Positions 7,660 through 15,541 of a DNA stretch of 16,923 bases are shown here, one piece after another. Under the pieces are notes generated by a model. It saw only the letters and a program-made list of their open reading frames with translations, made no database searches and had not been told where the DNA came from. Location of the stretch: NCBI GenBank assembly GCA_048941285.1, contig JBHLNS010000062.1, positions 1 through 16,923 on the forward strand, in the 5' to 3' direction. How positions within the stretch are numbered: the stretch's first letter is position 1; the number at the start of each line of letters is the position of its first letter. Made by a program: the position numbers and the translations under genes. The DNA comes from Promethearchaeota archaeon (lineage in GTDB: Archaea > Asgardarchaeota > Lokiarchaeia > Sigyniarchaeales > SOKP01).

Positions 7660-10600
7660 ATGGAAAAAGTAGGATCTGTTATGGTTGTTGGCGCTGGTAT
7701 TGGAGGTTCTCAAGCAGCGCTCGATTTAGGTGATTCAGGTTATAAAGTTTACTTGATTGAGTCTACAACGAGTATAGGTGGAGTTATGGCTCAATTGGAT
7801 AAAACCTTTCCAACTAATGATTGCGCAATGTGTATTGTTAGCCCAAAGCTAGTAGAGACAGGAAGGCACCAGAATATTGATTTAAGTATTAACTGTGAGA
7901 TATTAAATGTCTCGGGAGAAGCAGGAAACTATACAGTAAATGTAAAGAAAAATTCTTTATATATAAATCCAGATAAATGTACAGGCTGTGGAGTATGCGG
8001 TAGAAATTGTCCTGTTGAGGCTATTGATTTATTCAATGAAGGTTTAGCTAAATATCATGCTACTTCTGTAAAATATCCGCAAGCTGTTCCACTTGTGTAC
8101 GCAATTAATAAAGATTATTGTATTGGTTGTGGAGTTTGTGCTGGTGTGTGTAAAGCAAAAGCAGTAGAATATGATAGAGAAAATCAAGTAGTAGACATTA
8201 ATGTTGGAGCAATTATTCTGGCTCCTGGTTTCGATGAATTTATCCCTCAAGAAGCCAACAAATATGGATATGGAAAATTTAAAAACGTAGTCACTTCGAT
8301 TGAATTTGAGCGTATATTAAGTGCAAGTGGTCCATATGCAGGTCGAGTTCTTCGCCCATCTGATGGGGATATTCCAGAAAAGGTTGCTTTCCTTCAATGT
8401 ATAGGGTCTCGAGATTACACAGGAGAAGGACAACCTTATTGTTCTTCAGTATGTTGTATGTATACAGCAAAGGAGGCTGTAATTGCTCATGAACATCAGC
8501 ATGAAGTAAAACCTACAATTTTTAGTATGGATATCAGAGCCTATGGGAAAGATTTTGATAAATACATTATTCGGGCTCAAGAAGAGTATGGTATTAGATA
8601 TATAAGAAGTAGAATATCCTCAGTAATGGAAGTACCAGAAACAAAGGATTTAAGACTTCGCTATGAGACTGAGGATGGGAAAGTTATTGAAGAAGATTAT
8701 AATATGGTAGTTTTAGGTGTCGGATTAAATCCTCCAGATGATGCAAAATATCTGGCTGAAAAATTTGGTATAGAATTGAATGAGTTTGGTTTTGCCAAAA
8801 CTGATATTTTTAATCCAGTTCAGACATCTAAACCCGGTATATATGCATGTGGTGCTTTTTCACAACCTAAAGATATCCCTGAAACTGTTACTCAAGCAAG
8901 TGCTGCAGCTGGATGCGTTAATCAACTTTTATATCAAAAGAGAGGAACTTTAATCACAGAAAAAACATTGCCCCCCGAAATATTTGTCGCTGGACAACCA
9001 CCACGTATCGGAGTTTTCATATGTCATTGTGGGATTAATATTGGTGGGTATGTAGATGTTCCAGAAGTAACTAAATATGCAAGCACTCTTCCAAATGTGG
9101 TTATGGCGGATCGTAATTTATATACTTGTTCTGCTGATACTCAAGGAATAATAAAAGAAAAAATTGAGGAGTATCACCTTAATCGAGTAATTGTGGCATC
9201 TTGTACTCCAAGAACACACGAACCATTATTCCAAGAAACGATTAGAGAAGCAGGATTGAATAGATATCTATTTCAAATGGCAAATATTAGAGATCAATGT
9301 TCTTGGGTTCATATGAACCAACCAGAAGAAGCTACTCAAAAAGCAAAAGATCTTGTAAGAATGGCTGTGAATAAAGCAAGACGAATAGCACCAATAGATA
9401 GAATTAAGTTAGGGGTAACAAAGAAAGCAATGGTAATCGGTGGAGGAATAAGCGGTATGACTGCTGCCCTGAATTTTGCGAGTCAAGAAATTGAGACCCA
9501 TTTAATTGAAAAAGAAGCAGAATTAGGAGGTTTTGCTAAACATATTTATCATACCCTCGAAGGAGGAGATGTTCAAGCCTACTTAAAAAACTTAATTGAA
9601 GAGGTTAAGTCCAATAAATTTATTCATGTCTATACTGATGCCGAAATAGAAAGTCTAAATGGATACATTGGAAATTTCAAAACTACAGTGATTCATAGTT
9701 CTAAAAAAGAAAAAGTTGAATTCGATCATGGAGTGGTAATTTTAGCTACAGGAGCTAAAGAATATGAACCAAAAGAGTTTCTCTATGGCCAAAATAAAAA
9801 TATCGTTCTACAATCAAAGTTTGAAGAAATGCTTAACACAGATAGCGTTTTAAAGAATAAGAAATCAGTAGTAATGATTCAGTGTGTCGGCTCTAGAAAT
9901 GATGAGCATCCGTATTGTAGTAAAATGTGTTGTGCAGAAGCTATTAAAAATGCATTATTATTAAAAAAATTAAATCCATCTACAGAAGTCACTATTTTAT
10001 TTCGAGATATTAGAACTTATGGATTTAAAGAAAAATATTACAGAAAAGCAAGAGAAGAGGGAGTCATTTTCCTTCGATATGATGAAAATAATCCTCCAGA
10101 AATTGTTGAAGAGGATTCATCATTAAATGTAAAAGTAAAAACTGCAAAAGCGGGAGACTTATCAATCCCCGCGGATTTATTAGTATTAAGTGCTGGAATT
10201 GTAGCATCTCACGAGGAAAATGAAGAACTTGCTAAAATGTTAAAAGTACCATTAAATGATGATAATTTTTATTTAGAAGCCCATGTCAAGCTCCGTCCTG
10301 TAGATTTCGCTACGGAAGGAATATTTGTTGCTGGACTAGCACACTGCCCAAAAACTATTGAGGATTCAATTTCACAAGCTAATGCTGCTGTTTCAAGAGC
10401 ATGTACGATTCTTTCAAAGGATGAAATTGAAGCAGAAGGGAAGACCGCAGTAATTGATATAAGTCGTTGTATCGGGTGTGGAATGTGTGTAGAGAATTGT
10501 GCATATAATGCAATCGAATTAATTGAAGATAGGCGTTTTGGATTAGTAGCATCAATTAATCAAGCATTATGTAAAGGATGTGGAGCCTGTAGTGGGAATT

Positions 10601-10677
10601 GTCGATGTAGTGCCATTGATATTTTAGGCTTTACAAGTGAACAAATATATGAAATGATAACAGGTCGTATAGGTTAA
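7660..10677 (+). CDS. hdrA: Large double-FAD HdrA-family protein (1005 aa; HdrL/BamE-like architecture)
   Basis: Two FAD-binding motifs (GAGIGG, GGGISG), two C.GSR..YCS..CC motifs, an inserted ferredoxin, an internal RIGVFICHCG domain starting near 9004, and a C-terminal ferredoxin. Collinear with 3888-5192 plus 5200-6882. Confidence 0.93.
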   Translation: MEKVGSVMVVGAGIGGSQAALDLGDSGYKVYLIESTTSIGGVMAQLDKTFPTNDCAMCIVSPKLVETGRHQNIDLSINCEILNVSGEAGNYTVNVKKNSLYINPDKCTGCGVCGRNCPVEAIDLFNEGLAKYHATSVKYPQAVPLVYAINKDYCIGCGVCAGVCKAKAVEYDRENQVVDINVGAIILAPGFDEFIPQEANKYGYGKFKNVVTSIEFERILSASGPYAGRVLRPSDGDIPEKVAFLQCIGSRDYTGEGQPYCSSVCCMYTAKEAVIAHEHQHEVKPTIFSMDIRAYGKDFDKYIIRAQEEYGIRYIRSRISSVMEVPETKDLRLRYETEDGKVIEEDYNMVVLGVGLNPPDDAKYLAEKFGIELNEFGFAKTDIFNPVQTSKPGIYACGAFSQPKDIPETVTQASAAAGCVNQLLYQKRGTLITEKTLPPEIFVAGQPPRIGVFICHCGINIGGYVDVPEVTKYASTLPNVVMADRNLYTCSADTQGIIKEKIEEYHLNRVIVASCTPRTHEPLFQETIREAGLNRYLFQMANIRDQCSWVHMNQPEEATQKAKDLVRMAVNKARRIAPIDRIKLGVTKKAMVIGGGISGMTAALNFASQEIETHLIEKEAELGGFAKHIYHTLEGGDVQAYLKNLIEEVKSNKFIHVYTDAEIESLNGYIGNFKTTVIHSSKKEKVEFDHGVVILATGAKEYEPKEFLYGQNKNIVLQSKFEEMLNTDSVLKNKKSVVMIQCVGSRNDEHPYCSKMCCAEAIKNALLLKKLNPSTEVTILFRDIRTYGFKEKYYRKAREEGVIFLRYDENNPPEIVEEDSSLNVKVKTAKAGDLSIPADLLVLSAGIVASHEENEELAKMLKVPLNDDNFYLEAHVKLRPVDFATEGIFVAGLAHCPKTIEDSISQANAAVSRACTILSKDEIEAEGKTAVIDISRCIGCGMCVENCAYNAIELIEDRRFGLVASINQALCKGCGACSGNCRCSAIDILGFTSEQIYEMITGRIG

Positions 10678-10695
10678 ATTATAAGAGGTTTAAAA

Positions 10696-11151
10696 ATGAC
10701 TGAAACAGTTTTAGAAGAAAAGAAAGTTGATGAGAAATGGGAACCAAAGATCATTGCATTCTTATGTAATTGGTGTTCTTACGCTGGTGCGGATTTGGCG
10801 GGAGTTAGTCGAATCCAATATCCTCCAAATATAAGAATAGTAAGAGTTCCTTGTTCTGGGCGGGTTAATCCCTATTTTATTATTAAAAGTTTAACAGATG
10901 GCTGGGATGGTGTTGTTGTTTCTGGATGTCATCCAGGAGATTGCCATTATATAAGCGGAAATCTCGTAGCAAGGAGACGATTTGCTATATTAAAGGAACT
11001 TCTTGAATTTTTTGGGATTGAACCTGGTAGGGTTAATTTTATGTGGGCCTCTGCCGCGGAAGGAGAGCGTTTTGCTACCCTAGTTAAGAAAGCTACGAAT
11101 ATTGTTAAAAAATTGGGCCCAAATACTAAATTTCAAAAGGAGTGGTGTTAA
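10696..11151 (+). CDS. mvhD: MvhD/FlxD [2Fe-2S] subunit
   Basis: FLCNWCSYAGAD, RVPCSGRV, GCHPGDCHY, WASAAEG; standard length; occupies the flxD position. Confidence 0.93.
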   Translation: MTETVLEEKKVDEKWEPKIIAFLCNWCSYAGADLAGVSRIQYPPNIRIVRVPCSGRVNPYFIIKSLTDGWDGVVVSGCHPGDCHYISGNLVARRRFAILKELLEFFGIEPGRVNFMWASAAEGERFATLVKKATNIVKKLGPNTKFQKEWC

Positions 11152-11153
11152 AT

Positions 11154-12164
11154 ATGGGGATTGAAACAGATAACAAGGTAATTACAGACTCAATAAGAGA
11201 AAACGCTAAGAAATTGCTTAGCGAAAATCAAGTTGATGTTATAATTGGCTATTCTCAGGGTACGGTACCCTTGAGCTCTACCCCAATTATTATAAGAAGA
11301 GAAGAGAATGTAGATAAATTAATCTGGAACAATCTATGTTATATTAATTTGGCAAGATATTTGGCTCCATTAATGCCCCAACTTTGCAATTCAGAAGCAA
11401 AACCTTTGAGAATTGGGATTGTCGCGAAAGGCTGTGTTGGGAGAGCTGTAAATCTTCTAGCTGCTGAAAAGCAAGTGAACATAGATAAAATTAAAATGAT
11501 TGGATTTAATTGTAATGGCATTGTGAACCGGAGTAAGATAGATCTAGAAATTGGTGAAAAAGAAATTCTTGATGTTTCAATATCTGGAGATGATATTGTA
11601 GTTAAAGGGAGAGATTGGGAGAAAAAATTTCCATATAATCAATATATTAATGAGCTCTGTAAAGTTTGTCAGATAAAAACTCCTTCTGCGACTGAAACAT
11701 CTTGCGTTGGTGCATGTCAAGAATTAAAATCGATTCATGATGAATTTTCAGATATTGCTGAATTTGAATCAAAATCTGCTGATGACAAATGGGCCTATAT
11801 TAAAGATGCTTTGCAAGTCTGTACTCTATGTTACAGTTGCAGACAGGCTTGTCCGGTATGCTATTGCAATCTTTGTTTTGTAGATCAAAATAAACCCATA
11901 TGGTTTGGTAAAACAACCCAATTTACAGATATATTAACTTTTCATTTAATTCGCGCTCAACATTTAGCAGGTCGATGCGTGGCATGTGGAGCTTGTTCAT
12001 CAGTATGTCCAGTTGGAATTGATCTGAATATTATAACAAGAAAGTTAGAAAAAATAGTAAACAATCGGTTTAATTACACTTCAGGACTAAATCCAGAAAC
12101 AGTTCCTCCAATGATGGACTTCAAGATGAGCGATGCAGAAGAATTTATGTTAGAAGAAGATTAA
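11154..12164 (+). CDS. flxC: FlxC-like Fe-S protein (related to FdhB/FrhB family)
   Basis: KGCVGRA, CTLCYSCRQACPVCYC, HLAGRCVACGACSSVCP; sits between mvhD and an AsrA-like gene. ATG 11154 preferred over GTG 11142, which falls within the GGAGTGGTG RBS-like stretch. Confidence 0.8.
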   Translation: MGIETDNKVITDSIRENAKKLLSENQVDVIIGYSQGTVPLSSTPIIIRREENVDKLIWNNLCYINLARYLAPLMPQLCNSEAKPLRIGIVAKGCVGRAVNLLAAEKQVNIDKIKMIGFNCNGIVNRSKIDLEIGEKEILDVSISGDDIVVKGRDWEKKFPYNQYINELCKVCQIKTPSATETSCVGACQELKSIHDEFSDIAEFESKSADDKWAYIKDALQVCTLCYSCRQACPVCYCNLCFVDQNKPIWFGKTTQFTDILTFHLIRAQHLAGRCVACGACSSVCPVGIDLNIITRKLEKIVNNRFNYTSGLNPETVPPMMDFKMSDAEEFMLEED

Positions 12165-12180
12165 ATAGGTGATTTAAAGA

Positions 12181-13242
12181 ATGGAACAAAAAATATTAAA
12201 AAAAGATCAAATTGGAAAATTATATAATGAGCTTGTAGGAGAATATAACATTTTCGCTCCTATTAATAAAAAGGGGAATATTGTTTTTGAAAAGATTGAA
12301 AATCCAGATGATATTGTTTTGGATTACTTGAATTCAAAAATACCACCAAAATCAGTTTTATTTCCCCAAAATGAAGTCTTATTTGAATACAGTTTGGATG
12401 AGAAAGATGTCGAAATTACTGATAGACAAGATTTAGATCAAAAAATTTTGATTTTTGGTATTCGTCCGTGTGATGCATACAGCTTTGAATTATTTGCCAA
12501 TTTCTTTTCTTTTCATGGAGATTGGAAGGATGAGATCTATTTAAAGAAAAAGGATAATACTACACTTATAGGAATTGGATGTAATAGTCCAAGATCTACG
12601 TGTTTTTGCACCTCCGTTGGTGGAAATCCTTTCAATCAGGAGAATATGGATGTTTTTCTTACCGATCTAGGAGAAACTTATTTAGTTGAGGGAATAAGTG
12701 ATAAAGGGAAAGCATTAGTTCAAAAGTTATCATGGCTTACTGATGCATCCAAAAATGACTTGAAAAAAGCCGAAGAATTAGCTAAACAAGCAGAAGATTC
12801 AATATCTACAGAAATAGATGTTGATAAAGTTGTTGAGAATTTATCAACTTGTTTTGAAGATCCTGTATGGGATGAAATTAGTGAAGCATGTATTGGTTGT
12901 GGTTCTTGTGCTTACTTATGTCCAACATGCACTTGTTTTGATGTTATTGATGAAACTGATCAATATAATAATCGTGGAAGAAGAATTAGAATATGGGATA
13001 CTTGCCAATCTTGTCTCTATACAATGGAAACAAGTGGACATAATCCTCGAGATACCAAAATTCAACGTTGTCGAAACCGAATCATGCATAAATTCAGCTA
13101 TTACCCTACAAATTATAATTTGCTGGGTTGTGTTGGATGCGGTAGATGCGTTTATGTTTGCCCTGCTAATAATGATCTTAGAGTAATATTAAATAAGATA
13201 AAAAAAATAGAAAAAAAAGAGGGTGAGAAAGTAGTTGTCTAA
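12181..13242 (+). CDS. flxB: FlxB-like Fe-S protein (AsrA/sulfhydrogenase beta family)
   Basis: GIRPCD, CFCTS, CIGCGSCAYLCPTCTCF, WDTC, HKF, CVGCGRCVYVCP. GGTGA RBS. Confidence 0.85.
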   Translation: MEQKILKKDQIGKLYNELVGEYNIFAPINKKGNIVFEKIENPDDIVLDYLNSKIPPKSVLFPQNEVLFEYSLDEKDVEITDRQDLDQKILIFGIRPCDAYSFELFANFFSFHGDWKDEIYLKKKDNTTLIGIGCNSPRSTCFCTSVGGNPFNQENMDVFLTDLGETYLVEGISDKGKALVQKLSWLTDASKNDLKKAEELAKQAEDSISTEIDVDKVVENLSTCFEDPVWDEISEACIGCGSCAYLCPTCTCFDVIDETDQYNNRGRRIRIWDTCQSCLYTMETSGHNPRDTKIQRCRNRIMHKFSYYPTNYNLLGCVGCGRCVYVCPANNDLRVILNKIKKIEKKEGEKVVV

Positions 13243-14074
13243 TCCTTACATACCTTATCTTACAAAAGTTAAATCAATAGTCTCTGAGAATAATGTAAAT
13301 GATATTAAGACTATTGAATTAGAGTTTAAGAAAGAAGAAGATTATAAGAATTTTGATTACATTCCAGGACAATTTGCTGAAATTAGCTTAATTGGAAAAG
13401 GTGAATGCCCAATAGGGATTGCATCATCTCCCACTGAGAAAGGAACTATCAAATTTACTATTAAAAAAATGGGTACTGTAACTTCTGGATTCCATAATTG
13501 TGAAATAGGAGACATAGTAGGAGTAAGAGGCCCTTGTGGAAATGGTTGGCCAGTAGAAGAGATGAAAGGTAAAAATATTGTAGTAATCGGAGGAGGTTTT
13601 GCATTTTCGACACTCCGATCACTCATAATTTATTTACTAGATGAGAAGCATAGAAAAGATTATGGTAATATAACAGTAATTTATGGAAATCGTGACCCCG
13701 GAGAAGTATTATATCGCGATATTTTAGATGAATGGAAAAAACGAGATGATATTAAGGTAGTTTTAACCATTGATCGTGAAGCAGAAGGATGGACAGAAGA
13801 AGTTGGATTTGTTGCGCCAATTGTCAAAAAAGTCGCTCCAAGTTCTGATAATGCAATTGCTGTGATCTGTGGACCACCAATAATGATTAAAACTACAATT
13901 GCGGTCATGGAAGAATTAAATTGGAAAGATAAACAAATTCTAAATAGTTTAGAGATGCGAATGAAGTGCGGAATTGGGAAATGTGGAAGGTGCAATATCG
14001 GAAATAAATTTGTATGTGTTGATGGTCCCGTCTTTTCTCTTGCTGAACTCAAAAAAATGCCAAATGAGTATTAA
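13235..14074 (+). CDS. flxA: FlxA-like FAD/NAD(P)-binding [2Fe-2S] oxidoreductase (AsrB/PyrK/sulfhydrogenase gamma family)
   Basis: PGQF, RGPCGNG, GGGFAFSTLRS, CGPPIM, MKCGIGKCGRC..VCVDGPVF. TTG start overlapping the upstream gene by 8 nt, with GAGGGTGA upstream. Confidence 0.88.
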   Translation: MSNPYIPYLTKVKSIVSENNVNDIKTIELEFKKEEDYKNFDYIPGQFAEISLIGKGECPIGIASSPTEKGTIKFTIKKMGTVTSGFHNCEIGDIVGVRGPCGNGWPVEEMKGKNIVVIGGGFAFSTLRSLIIYLLDEKHRKDYGNITVIYGNRDPGEVLYRDILDEWKKRDDIKVVLTIDREAEGWTEEVGFVAPIVKKVAPSSDNAIAVICGPPIMIKTTIAVMEELNWKDKQILNSLEMRMKCGIGKCGRCNIGNKFVCVDGPVFSLAELKKMPNEY

Positions 14075-14115
14075 ATTAAAAAAATAATTAAATCTAAAAA
14101 ATATTTGAAAAAGAG

Positions 14116-15234
14116 ATGAAAAAAGTGGCAGGTACCGTAGTTTCAAAAACATTTGAAGATTTGATTTTGGAAGTTCATGAAAAAGGATTATGTGGAGAAT
14201 GTGGTGGATGTGTAAGTTTTTGTTCAGCTGGAGAAATTAAAGCTATTGAAATGGGAGAGTCAGGCCCCCCTAAATACGTGAATAAAGATAAATGTCTTAA
14301 ATGTGGTATTTGCTATTACGTATGCCCCCAAACACATGTGTTAAATGAGCAGTTAAATAGAAAATATAATTATGAACCTCCTATAGGAAATCAATTAAAA
14401 GTAGCTTCATGTTATGCCACATCTGAAGAAATTAGGAAAAAAGCTACTGATGGTGGTGCTGTTACAGCGATTTTAAGTTATTTAATGGATAACAAGCTAA
14501 TTGATGGAGCCATAGTTTGTAAGAGAAAAGGACCATTTAATCGAGCTTCATTTTTAGCAACAACCAAAGAGGACTTAATCAAAGCTGCTGGATCTCATTT
14601 TGATTTTTCAAGCCAGGTGGTTGGATTGGAAAAATATAATACGTTTATACCCGCTAATATTGCTTTGAAAAAAGTCAGGAGTTCTGATCTATTAAATATT
14701 GCTGTTGTTGGTACCCCCTGTCAAATTAATTCAATTAGAAAAATGCAAACATTAAGTATATTACCCGCACATATTGTCAAGTATACTTTCGGTTTGTTTT
14801 GCTATCTGAATTTCTCATTTGGAGACGAAGAGAGGAAGAAACTTGAAGAAAGATTTGATTTTTCATTCGAGGATGTTGAAAGTATGAATGTTAGAGAAGA
14901 TCTTATATTATACTTTAAAAATGGGAATTCTCAAAAAATCACATTTCCAGAATTACACGATATCGGCCGTCCCGCTTGTTATGCATGCCCCGATTTTTCC
15001 AATATTTATGCGGATATTTCTTTTGGTGGCCTTGGTTCGCCAGAAAAATTAACTACTGCAATAATTAGGACACAGATTGGTGAAAAGGTTTATAATGATG
15101 CCCTAAATAAGGGTTATATTAAAGAACCAATTGAATTAAATAGACCAAATAATAAAATGGAAATCTTAGCGAAAGTTAGAGAATGGTCAAACAAAAAAAT
15201 TGAAAGAGCAGAAGATACACTAAAGAATGAATAG
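14116..15234 (+). CDS. F420 hydrogenase/dehydrogenase beta-subunit family protein with N-terminal 2x[4Fe-4S] domain (FrhB/FpoF-like), copy 2
   Basis: CGECGGCVSFC, CLKCGICYYVCPQT, TDGGAVT, VGTPCQ, GLFC..NF, CYAC..ADISFG. Clear paralog of 2776-3870. Confidence 0.9.
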   Translation: MKKVAGTVVSKTFEDLILEVHEKGLCGECGGCVSFCSAGEIKAIEMGESGPPKYVNKDKCLKCGICYYVCPQTHVLNEQLNRKYNYEPPIGNQLKVASCYATSEEIRKKATDGGAVTAILSYLMDNKLIDGAIVCKRKGPFNRASFLATTKEDLIKAAGSHFDFSSQVVGLEKYNTFIPANIALKKVRSSDLLNIAVVGTPCQINSIRKMQTLSILPAHIVKYTFGLFCYLNFSFGDEERKKLEERFDFSFEDVESMNVREDLILYFKNGNSQKITFPELHDIGRPACYACPDFSNIYADISFGGLGSPEKLTTAIIRTQIGEKVYNDALNKGYIKEPIELNRPNNKMEILAKVREWSNKKIERAEDTLKNE

Positions 15235-15247
15235 ATATAACGCAACT

Positions 15248-15300
15248 TGATTTATTTAATCATATTTTCCTTATCTTAATTTTTATTTTTATGATATTTT
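15248..15300 (+). terminator. Oligo-T rich probable terminator of the cluster
   Basis: TTTTTATTTTT at 15280-15290 downstream of the last + strand gene, facing convergent genes. Confidence 0.35.
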
Positions 15301-15308
15301 AAATCGCA

Positions 15309-15446
15309 TTAATTATAAGTATCTTTGATTTTGTTTAATTCTTTTTTGCTAATCAATTCTAAGTATCTCTTTTGAAAGGGTGCTTGTCTATATTTTCTAA
15401 AATATTCCCAAACTTCACGTTTCATTTCTAATTTTTCACTTTTCAT
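15309..15446 (-). CDS. Putative 45-aa basic small protein (below the ORF-track length cutoff)
   Basis: Manual translation MKSEKLEMKREVWEYFRKYRQAPFQKRYLELISKKELNKIKDTYN*. Purine-rich codons like the real genes; fills the intergenic gap; TTTTATAA about 50 nt upstream. Confidence 0.45.
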   Translation of the reverse strand: MKSEKLEMKREVWEYFRKYRQAPFQKRYLELISKKELNKIKDTYN

Positions 15447-15541
15447 ATTGCAGGATTTGTTTTTTTTACTTATTGAATGATAAATAGAGAATAAATTATA
15501 AAATGTTTAATTAGTCCAATTTTTATAAGTACAATTTCAAA

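Noticed and set aside
6896-10865. DNA similarity between the two mvhD 5' ends as a recent repeat or assembly duplication
   Set aside because: Many synonymous differences; reflects protein conservation in old paralogs.
12181-14074. Annotation as anaerobic sulfite reductase AsrAB or sulfhydrogenase beta/gamma
   Set aside because: No AsrC siroheme subunit or NiFe large/small subunit is present; context after hdrA-mvhD-flxC fits FlxBA.
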